Assembly (NCBI GenBank): GCA_048939995.1
Contig: JBHLOY010000005.1
Coordinates: 32,001-96,000 of the forward strand
Length of the DNA: 64,000 nucleotides
Direction: 5' to 3'
From: Promethearchaeota archaeon
GTDB lineage: Archaea > Asgardarchaeota > Lokiarchaeia > Sigyniarchaeales > SOKP01
Numbering within the stretch: the stretch's first letter is position 1; each line of letters begins with the position of its first letter. This document shows, piece by piece, positions 56,256 through 64,000 of the stretch. The notes below the pieces were generated by a model. That model made no database searches. It was not told the origin of the DNA and was given only the letters and a program-made list of their open reading frames with translations. Made by a program: the position numbers and the translations under genes.

Positions 56256-56516
56256 ATTGATGAACTAAGAGGTATCATTTTTTCTATAATTAAGGGAAAT
56301 GAAACTGAACCTAAAGGACCAGAATACTATATTAGACCGATAGATGATTATTAAATTAAGTGGTTAGAAGTCCTTGTAAGGAAAAAAACTCAAATGTGGG
56401 AGAATGATCCTCAGCTCCATGAATATCTAGATAAAAGAGTGTTGATTATCAGAGAGATAATTGAGACAAAAAGCACAATTACAGTTGACTACTTCAAGAT
56501 AAATCAAATAGATTGA
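56256..56516 (+). pseudogene. probable degraded small gene (about 86 codons)
   Basis: Frame IDELRGIIFSIIKG...GPEYYIRPIDDY*IKW..VRKKTQMWENDPQLHEYLDKRV...; one in-frame TAA at 56352-56354 and no ATG at the 5' end. Confidence 0.45.
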
Positions 56517-56524
56517 AGCTTTAT

Positions 56525-57769
56525 TTAACCAAAATGTTTTTCTTCTTCTGCACCGCTTTCTAAAGCATCTTTCTCAACATCCCGATCAAGCCACTTCTCG
56601 CTTAGAAGCTCTTTATAATATTCGTGTTGTATAATTAGATTCATAATTTCTGTTGTTCCTGTCCAAATCTCTCCAAGACGTGAATCTCGGAGTATCCGTT
56701 CAATTGGATATACCGTAGTATATCCAATGCCTCCCATAATCTGCATCGCATTATTAATAATCTTCCAACAGTTTTTCGTTGAAAACTTTTTTGCTTCAGA
56801 AACTAACCTCCTTTGAAGTGCTGCAGGTGCGCCATTATCAATCGTTTTAGCAGTATTTAAGACAAGTGATCTAGCAGCGTCAAGGAGTGTAATGCTATCT
56901 GCAATTTTAAAATTAATTGCTTGAAAATTATTGATTGTTTGTCCAAAAGCTTTTCTTTTAGTTGAATATTTAGTAGCAATGTGAAGACAAGTTCTTGCTG
57001 ATCCTAATGAGCCTGCAGCAGTTGTAAGGCGTTCAGGAACCATCATCTGATAAAAAATCTTCCCTCCAGCACCTTCTTCAAGAATTAAGTTCTCTCTAGG
57101 TACCTCTACATCTGTGAATTTGAGTCTTCCTGCTCCACCTCCTCTTGTGCCTAGTAATCCATAGACATACTCTGTCTCAACACCCTTATTACGATCTACT
57201 ATAAAAAGACTTAAAGCATAGTGAGGATCAACTTTTGGATCTAGCTTTGTTCTTGCATATACTAGAAAAAAATCTGCACCTTCTGCTCCAACAACAAACC
57301 TTTTTTCTCCATTAAGGATATAATATTCCCCTTCCTTTATTGCTGTACATGTTGCTCCAAAAAAGTCAGATCCTCCTCTGGGCTCTGTTAATGCTTCTGC
57401 AGTGAACTTTTTACCTTCACACATAGGTTTTAAATAATTTATCTTTTGCTCTTCAGAACCGAAAAAATGCATCGCTTCTCCTGTTATAATAGGCAGTGAA
57501 TATAAACATGGAAGAGAGCTACCTAAAACGCCAACCTCTTCAAGGGCTACAACCTCACATTCCCAATTCAATCCACGCCCACCATATTGCTTTGGAAACC
57601 GTAATCCTATTAAATTATGCTTTCCAAGGTTTTTTAAAAATTCAATGGGATAATTTATTTCTTCTTTATCCATTTGTTTAATTAAAGAATGCGGGATTTC
57701 ATCCCTTACAAAATTGCGGACTTCTTCCTTAATTTTCTTAGCATTTTCACTTATCAAATAATCATACAT
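56525..57769 (-). CDS. acyl-CoA dehydrogenase
   Basis: [48 protein letters not shown]. Confidence 0.94.
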   Translation of the reverse strand: MYDYLISENAKKIKEEVRNFVRDEIPHSLIKQMDKEEINYPIEFLKNLGKHNLIGLRFPKQYGGRGLNWECEVVALEEVGVLGSSLPCLYSLPIITGEAMHFFGSEEQKINYLKPMCEGKKFTAEALTEPRGGSDFFGATCTAIKEGEYYILNGEKRFVVGAEGADFFLVYARTKLDPKVDPHYALSLFIVDRNKGVETEYVYGLLGTRGGGAGRLKFTDVEVPRENLILEEGAGGKIFYQMMVPERLTTAAGSLGSARTCLHIATKYSTKRKAFGQTINNFQAINFKIADSITLLDAARSLVLNTAKTIDNGAPAALQRRLVSEAKKFSTKNCWKIINNAMQIMGGIGYTTVYPIERILRDSRLGEIWTGTTEIMNLIIQHEYYKELLSEKWLDRDVEKDALESGAEEEKHFG

Positions 57770-57941
57770 TATTGATTTTACCTATTTAATTTATACTGCG
57801 ATTAAATAATGATAGACTTAATAAAAATTAAGTAGTATAACTTCAAATCAAATTCTAAGTTCACTCGAAGTTCCAGACTTTAAACTATATATCAGATAAA
57901 TAATTCTTAAAAGTCATATAAATTGATTTAAGAAAACACTT

Positions 57942-59216
57942 ATGTCTGGAAAACTCAAACGTGCATATAATGAATATCCTAACTCATTTAAAGTGCTCAC
58001 TCTTGCCACTTTCATTGATACATTAGGTAGATTCCTACTATTCCCTTTTTTTGCAATTTACATAACTGAACACTTTAATGTTGGACTCATTGAAGTTGGA
58101 TTACTATTTTCAATATTTTCAGCCGGAAATATAATTGGTGGAGTGATTGGTGGTGCTCTAGCTGATAAATATGGTCGTCGTAAGATAATTTTATTTGGTT
58201 TGGTTGTTAGTGGAATCTCGAGCATATCAATGGGCTTAGTTAATGATCTCTATGTTTTTTATATTCTTGCATCGGTTTTAGGGCTAATAGGCAATTTTGG
58301 AGGACCGGCTCGTCAAGCTATGGTTTCAGATTTGCTTCCCAAAGAAAAACGAGCGGAAGGGTTTGGAATTCTTCGAGTGGCTCTAAATGTTTCAGCAGTA
58401 ATAGGACCTATTTTTGGTGGAATGTTGGCTACTCGCTCTTATATGCTGCTATTTATTGCTGATGCTGTGAGTAGTATAATTACAGGGATTATTGTATTTA
58501 TAGTCATTCCAGAGACTAAACCTCAAAGTCTAGATAATAAACCAGAAGAATCAGTATTTAAAACTATTATCGGATATAAGGAAGTTTTAAAAGATGGCCT
58601 ATTTCTATTATTTCTCTCGGTATCCGCTATAACGGTACTAGTATATATGCAATTAAATAGTACTTTATCAGTATTTCTATGGGAAGTTCACTCATTTCCA
58701 GTGGAGACCTTTGGTTGGTTACTCAGTATGAATGCTGTTATGGTAGTTATATTTCAATTTTGGATAACGAAAAAACTTTCAAAATATGCTCCTATGAAAA
58801 TGATGGCTCTTGGAACGCTTTTTTACATGGTTGGTTTTGGGATGTATGGTTTTATCTCAGAACCTTACATGTTTTTTATCGCAATGGGAATTCTAACTAT
58901 AGGTGAAATGATTGTGATACCCGTTAGTCAAAGTGCAGTTGCATCTTTTGCTCCTGAAGATAAGCGTGGACGTTATATGGCGGTGTTTGGCTTACATTGG
59001 GCTATTCCAAACCTTTTTGGGGTTATACTTGCTGGTTTAGTATCAGAAATTTTTGGAGCTAACTGGGTGTGGTATTTAGCGGGTATTCTATGTCTAATTG
59101 CTGTGTTGGGTTTCTGGGTTCTTCATGGTATTGCTAAAGATCGTTTTTCAAGTAAAATGCAACTAGAAGAAATTCAAAAAAAAGAAGAAAAAGAAATTCA
59201 TGAATTAATTGCGTAA
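57942..59216 (+). CDS. MFS transporter
   Basis: GALADKYGRRK motif A, about 12 TM helices, APEDKRGRY. Confidence 0.94.
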   Translation: MSGKLKRAYNEYPNSFKVLTLATFIDTLGRFLLFPFFAIYITEHFNVGLIEVGLLFSIFSAGNIIGGVIGGALADKYGRRKIILFGLVVSGISSISMGLVNDLYVFYILASVLGLIGNFGGPARQAMVSDLLPKEKRAEGFGILRVALNVSAVIGPIFGGMLATRSYMLLFIADAVSSIITGIIVFIVIPETKPQSLDNKPEESVFKTIIGYKEVLKDGLFLLFLSVSAITVLVYMQLNSTLSVFLWEVHSFPVETFGWLLSMNAVMVVIFQFWITKKLSKYAPMKMMALGTLFYMVGFGMYGFISEPYMFFIAMGILTIGEMIVIPVSQSAVASFAPEDKRGRYMAVFGLHWAIPNLFGVILAGLVSEIFGANWVWYLAGILCLIAVLGFWVLHGIAKDRFSSKMQLEEIQKKEEKEIHELIA

Positions 59217-59322
59217 TTTTCATAGAAAACTATTTGGATCATATCCTTGTATACATAAATTATCGTAAAAGAGCAGTTTCACGAATAATTGATTTATAGT
59301 AATAAAAAATAAAATAAAAGAC

Positions 59323-59619
59323 TTATAACTCAAAAATCTCTTTAGCTTTTTCTTCGATAATCTCATTATTTACAAGGTCCCAAATTTCAGCATAGAAAAA
59401 TTCTTTATCATCCTTCACTATTATAGGTATTCCTTCAACACATGCGCTCATATCACAAAATAGGCTGTTGAATGTAGCATTTTTCATTAAAGGATCATCA
59501 AAATCCTTTGGATCTTGGTAATCTAATACTTTATAATTAATATTTTTATCATTAAGCCACTCTTCTAACTTTTCACAGAAAAAGCAATTCTTCTTAGTAA
59601 TAATTTTAAATTGTGTCAT
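59323..59619 (-). CDS. glutaredoxin-like protein
   Basis: TKKNCFFCEKLEEWL..KNINY, cis-Pro segment VEGIPII. Confidence 0.8.
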   Translation of the reverse strand: MTQFKIITKKNCFFCEKLEEWLNDKNINYKVLDYQDPKDFDDPLMKNATFNSLFCDMSACVEGIPIIVKDDKEFFYAEIWDLVNNEIIEEKAKEIFEL

Positions 59620-59693
59620 GTTAAGAAATTAGATAAAATTATTTTTAAAAGTTCTCTTATGAAATTATAAACCTTAATTTTTCTATCATCACA

Positions 59694-60374
59694 ATGAATG
59701 ATTTTTTCACAATATACATTTATACACCATGGGACAGCCTCCATAGTGAAGATTTAACTTCAGTTAAGTTATTATCCCTAAAAAGTATTTTTGAAAAATA
59801 TCCTGTAATTGAGCCAAGCTTTTTTGATGATCTCACGTTGAATATATCAAAACATCAGCATTATTCTTGGTATAAAAGTATTAGAAGAATATTTGGCCCA
59901 GATAAAGAAGATTATGAGATAAAATCTTGGAATTTTATTTGGGCAATGGATAGAGAAAGAAGAATATTTCAATTTTTATTTCAAAGAATCGAATCTGGTA
60001 AAGATTCAAAGCGAATACTCGTAGCTTTAGCTCCTCCTGAATTAGGAAAACTATTTGTGCATTATAAAGGCGATGCAATTTTACGCACTCTCTCATTACT
60101 CAACAAGCCTCAAGAGGTCAAATTTTTAATAGTTCTTACCCCTAAAGGAAAGTCTATAGCCGAAGAACAACAACTAGTTAGATTTAATAAACAAGATCTA
60201 AATGAATCTCAATTAGTTAAAATACTAAAGAAATTGCCTAATGTTGAAGGTCAGTGGTTTCCCAATTTTACTCCAAGATGTCCCATCTGTAATGAACTAA
60301 TGATGGGTTTAAATGGCTATAAAGTGGGATTTGGTAAATTAATCTGTCCTCGTTGTGGCTATAAAAGAGAATAA
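59694..60374 (+). CDS. hypothetical protein with C-terminal zinc ribbon
   Basis: CPICNELM...LICPRCGY. Confidence 0.65.
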   Translation: MNDFFTIYIYTPWDSLHSEDLTSVKLLSLKSIFEKYPVIEPSFFDDLTLNISKHQHYSWYKSIRRIFGPDKEDYEIKSWNFIWAMDRERRIFQFLFQRIESGKDSKRILVALAPPELGKLFVHYKGDAILRTLSLLNKPQEVKFLIVLTPKGKSIAEEQQLVRFNKQDLNESQLVKILKKLPNVEGQWFPNFTPRCPICNELMMGLNGYKVGFGKLICPRCGYKRE

Positions 60375-60528
60375 AATCTTGAATAATTTCATTTATATTT
60401 AAACTTTTACTTATTCTTGAATGAAATTTAATCATAAACTTATTATAAGAAAACACTAATTATGATACTTATAATAGATTTATTATTAACTTTTTATAAC
60501 CAAATAAATTTAAAGGAAAAAATTGTAA

Positions 60529-62067
60529 ATGTTTATCGCAGCTTTAGATCTAGGAACAACAGGTTGTAGGACATTTATTTTTGATATAGCTGGTACAATT
60601 TTAGCTAGCGATTACCAAGAATGGGAAAGTTTTTATCCATCACCATCATTTGTTGAGCAAGATGCTAATACTTGGTGGGAATCTTTAAAAAAAACAATTG
60701 AAGGAGCTATTAAGAAAAGTGGTATTGATAGTTCTGAGATTGTGAGTCTTTCTGTAACAAATCAGAGAGAAACAATAGTACCTGTAGACAGAGATGGTAT
60801 ACCACTTCATAATGCTTTAGTATGGCAAGACCGGAGAACTATTGATCAAGTTGAATTTATTAAAAAGCGAGTTGGAATTGAAAAAATCTATAGAACTACA
60901 GGTTTAACTGTTGATCCTTATTTTTCTGCAACAAAAATATTGTGGTTTAAAGATGTGAAACCTGAAATTTATCAAAAGACTTTTAAATTCTTATTAGTTT
61001 CGGACTTTATAATCTATAAATTAACAGGGAAATATATCACAGATTATTCAAATGCTTCACGAACAATGCTCTTTGACATCAACAAGTTAAGATATTCAGA
61101 GGATATTGCTTCTGAATTGGAAATTGACTTGGATAAAATGCCAGAGGCAGTTGAAAGTGGAGTTGAAGTTGGTGAAATAGTCTCTGAAGAGACATTATTT
61201 GATAAAAAAACTTTAGTTATAACTGGGGCTGGAGATCAGCAATCGGCAGCATTAGGAGTTGGAGTTGTATCACCGGGTCGAATAAAATTAACAACTGGCA
61301 CTGGAAGTTTTTTGTTAGCATTCCTAGAAAAACCAAATTTTGATTCTCAAAAGAGAGTTTTATGTAGTTGTCATGCTATTCCAAATACTTGGGTTCAAGA
61401 AGCTAGTATTTTCACTACAGGTGCATTTCTTAGATGGTTTAGAGATCAAATCGCTCAAAAAGAGTGTATGATCGCCGAAGAACAAAACCAAGATCCTTAT
61501 AACATAATAACTGATAGAGCGGAACAATCTCCTATTGGATCAAATGGGTTAATAACAATTCCTCATCTAGTTGGTGCAGGAGCACCTCATTGGAATCCTT
61601 TAGCTAGAGGCTTAATTTTTGGACTTGCTTTAGGACATAGAAGAAGAGATATTGCAAGATCTATTCTAGAAGGGGTGGCATTTGAGGTAAAAAGGAACAT
61701 TGAGGTATTTAAAGAATTAGGAATAGAAATTAAGGAGCTAAGACTAACTGGAGGAGGATCTCGCTCTGATCTTTGGAATCAAATATATGCTGATGTGTTG
61801 GGAGTCAATTGTCTGAGAAATATAGTAGAAGAAGCAACTTCATTAGGAGCAGCCATATTAGCTGCTTCTGGATCAGGTATCTTTCCCGATATTGCAAAAG
61901 CAGCTGAAAGCATTTGTAAAGTAGATAAAAGATACATCCCTGATGCCCAACATTACGAAAAATATGAAGAGATTTACAATTTTTCGGTAGATCTTTACAA
62001 TCTATTAAATAATGAAAATATGTATCAAAAATTAAATAAAATCTTCCAAAATAAAGGTAATTTATAA
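60529..62067 (+). CDS. FGGY-family carbohydrate kinase (xylulokinase/glycerol kinase-like)
   Basis: LDLGTTG, VEQD, NQRET, WQDRRT, SNASRT, GAGDQQ, GTGSF, GAPHW, LEGVAF, GGGSRS. Confidence 0.93.
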   Translation: MFIAALDLGTTGCRTFIFDIAGTILASDYQEWESFYPSPSFVEQDANTWWESLKKTIEGAIKKSGIDSSEIVSLSVTNQRETIVPVDRDGIPLHNALVWQDRRTIDQVEFIKKRVGIEKIYRTTGLTVDPYFSATKILWFKDVKPEIYQKTFKFLLVSDFIIYKLTGKYITDYSNASRTMLFDINKLRYSEDIASELEIDLDKMPEAVESGVEVGEIVSEETLFDKKTLVITGAGDQQSAALGVGVVSPGRIKLTTGTGSFLLAFLEKPNFDSQKRVLCSCHAIPNTWVQEASIFTTGAFLRWFRDQIAQKECMIAEEQNQDPYNIITDRAEQSPIGSNGLITIPHLVGAGAPHWNPLARGLIFGLALGHRRRDIARSILEGVAFEVKRNIEVFKELGIEIKELRLTGGGSRSDLWNQIYADVLGVNCLRNIVEEATSLGAAILAASGSGIFPDIAKAAESICKVDKRYIPDAQHYEKYEEIYNFSVDLYNLLNNENMYQKLNKIFQNKGNL

Positions 62068-62146
62068 TCTCTTTCTTTTCCAAAAATTATCATAATAATC
62101 AATTTTATATATTTTAATTCTTATTCTTTTTTTAATTAATAAAAAT

Positions 62147-62737
62147 GTGAGAATGATGGAAGCTACAGATTATACTGAAGGGCAAATGAAAGTTGCGAGA
62201 ATATTTTACATAATCATTGTAATTGCATGTTTAATAATAATAGGTGGAACAGTTTGGTCGATTGCAGACTTTATCTCTCCCACGGGAAAGTTAGACGCAT
62301 TTCTTGAATTAAATTGGGGTTATAAAATCGCAATTATTGCAGGATTTTTAGCAGGACTCTTTTTCTTGTTAGTTTTCTTCTATGGCTTATTTAAAAAAGG
62401 AAGCAAATGGATTCTAAGAGTATTTTTTAAAGTCAGAGAACTTGAAGAGAGATTTAAGAATCGTATAACTGTAAAAATCGCTGCTGGTGGATTGCTTACT
62501 AGCATAATACTAGTATTAATTGGAGTTGTTTGGGCTTTAGTTCAAGAAATTCTAATCCCTGAGAGTGGCTCACCATTTTCTGGACTTTTTAGTCTTTTTT
62601 CATCTGGAAACTGGGCTTTATTCATTGGAATTTCTGTATTGGTGGCAGCCTTAATTATACTTTTTATGATATATTTCTGGAAAAACGGTTATCGATTAAT
62701 TCTAAAAATAATGGGTACTTTAGAGAAAGAAAGATAA
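62147..62737 (+). CDS. four-TM membrane protein with internal duplication
   Basis: Two related halves (G.VW...F.KG.KWIL and G.VW...WKNG.RLIL). Confidence 0.7.
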   Translation: MRMMEATDYTEGQMKVARIFYIIIVIACLIIIGGTVWSIADFISPTGKLDAFLELNWGYKIAIIAGFLAGLFFLLVFFYGLFKKGSKWILRVFFKVRELEERFKNRITVKIAAGGLLTSIILVLIGVVWALVQEILIPESGSPFSGLFSLFSSGNWALFIGISVLVAALIILFMIYFWKNGYRLILKIMGTLEKER

Positions 62738-62836
62738 AGCTACAAATTCTTATTTTTTAATATTTTACTTTAATTTAAATCAGAAAATTAACGCTCCTAT
62801 GCTATTTTAATTAATTTTGCTTCTTAATCATAATCA

Positions 62837-64000
62837 ATGCCAGTTAGAGTGGGTGTGGTTTTTAATTTTCTTCAATTGCCAGATGTTTTAAAATATCCTT
62901 TTGTTATTAATAAGAGAAAAGATGATGTTCTAGTAAAGAAGGGGATATTTGTATATACAGAGTCAATTGAAGGATTTTTAATTGGTATAGTAGAGCGAAT
63001 AGTATTATTAAATGAGTATTTCTCAGATGCTCTTACTATTAAGGCTTATAATAGTGAAAATAATCCCAATATATTGAAAGGGTTATTTCCAAGTGAAGAT
63101 TTTGAATATGCAATAGCTATTGTAAGAAATTTAGGTCTTGTTGAATTTAAGGATGATAAGAAAAATAAAATAAGTAAAATAAAACGTATGATGTATCCAG
63201 CAAGCCCAGGTAAGGAAGTTAACTTATTAGAGGAGGATACGCTGAAAAATTTTGTAGGCATAGATACAGAACATGGCCTAAGACTCGGTATATTAAAGGG
63301 TACTAAAATTGAAGCAAGAATTAATATGGATCGCCTGTTTAACAAGCATTTTGCGATTCTTTCTATATCTGGGGGAGGTAAAAGTTATCTTACATCAATC
63401 ATAATTGAAGAATTATTAACCAGAGAAAAAAAATTAGGAACTCCATCTATTATCTTAATTGATGTACATGGGGAATATACTTATTTAAAAAACATACCCC
63501 AGCTTAAAGAAAAAATCAAATTATTCGATTGTTCATTTTTTCAAATTTCAGTTCCAAACTTAAATGCCTCTATTTTTAGAAAGTATCAAGAAAAGATCTC
63601 AAATGTTCAAGTAAGAGAGCTTTCCAACTACATCAGAAAACTTAAGAAAGAAAAGAAAAATTATTCCTTAAGTGATATCATTGAATTGATAGAGAAAGAG
63701 GAAGAAGTCAATAAGAGTACAAAACAAGCACTGATAGGGTGGTTAAGCGAATTAGAACGATTAACACTATTTGGACCTCAAGAAAACCCTAATATTAATT
63801 CAATAGCAACTCCGGGAGAATTAACTATATTTAATCTTCAAAAAGAAATTTCAATTAGAAAAAAGCAAATAATAGTTGATTATATATGTAATCGTCTGTT
63901 CTATTTAAGAAGGATGGAGCAAATTCCGCCTTTTCTAATAATAATTGAAGAGGCACATCAATTTTGCCCTGAAGCTGCATATTCGAAAGCCTTGACAAAA
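62837..64000 (+). CDS. HerA/FtsK-like ATPase, partial (runs off the window; absent from the ORF track)
   Basis: Hand translation from ATG 62837: N-terminal HAS-barrel-like region, PASPG, NKHFAILSISGGGKSY Walker A, IDVHGEY, IIIEEAHQFCPE Walker B. Confidence 0.9.
   Translation, partial: MPVRVGVVFNFLQLPDVLKYPFVINKRKDDVLVKKGIFVYTESIEGFLIGIVERIVLLNEYFSDALTIKAYNSENNPNILKGLFPSEDFEYAIAIVRNLGLVEFKDDKKNKISKIKRMMYPASPGKEVNLLEEDTLKNFVGIDTEHGLRLGILKGTKIEARINMDRLFNKHFAILSISGGGKSYLTSIIIEELLTREKKLGTPSIILIDVHGEYTYLKNIPQLKEKIKLFDCSFFQISVPNLNASIFRKYQEKISNVQVRELSNYIRKLKKEKKNYSLSDIIELIEKEEEVNKSTKQALIGWLSELERLTLFGPQENPNINSIATPGELTIFNLQKEISIRKKQIIVDYICNRLFYLRRMEQIPPFLIIIEEAHQFCPEAAYSKALTK

Noticed and set aside
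1829-63345. Many 60-130 aa ORFs overlapping longer genes (e.g. 1829-2116, 11420-11677, 46295-46693, 63046-63345)
   Set aside because: Antisense or alternate-frame shadows of well-supported genes; no motifs

Overview
AT-rich archaeal chromosomal segment. Its gene content points to Asgard archaea, most likely Lokiarchaeia (inference): a profilin-like gene, Elf1, SmAP3-type Lsm, GatDE, fibrillarin/Nop5, the proteasome-exosome superoperon and tRNAs with non-canonical BHB introns. Most of the window is housekeeping: mat, rnhB, flpA, nop5, pyrDK, elp3, gatED, rpl2, tfb, psmA-sbds-rrp4-rrp41-rrp42-rpl37ae-pcc1-pfdB, ECF, cgi121, THUMP, TsaC, a four-subunit 2-oxoacid:ferredoxin oxidoreductase, ZPR1, PPi-PFK and a partial HerA-like ATPase. 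Best candidate for an undescribed system: a tight eight-gene operon (1650-10492) divergent from an extended Elf1. It encodes several winged-helix proteins, a tandem Zn-ribbon/PC4-like protein, an intact AAA+ ATPase, an SMC-like coiled-coil protein with apparently dead ATPase motifs and a KITE-like tandem winged-helix protein. Second candidate: a membrane quality-control cluster (11739-14400) with an AN1-finger rhomboid pseudoprotease, an AN1-finger site-2 protease and an unannotated LITAF-like protein. Also notable: RHH-HisKA-REC proteins with no kinase catalytic domain, a JAMM protein lacking its catalytic Glu, a tRNA-Lys with two non-canonical introns, and probable non-AUG starts. All calls come from reading motifs by eye; no searches were run. 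No CRISPR array, rRNA, transposase or integrase was recognised.
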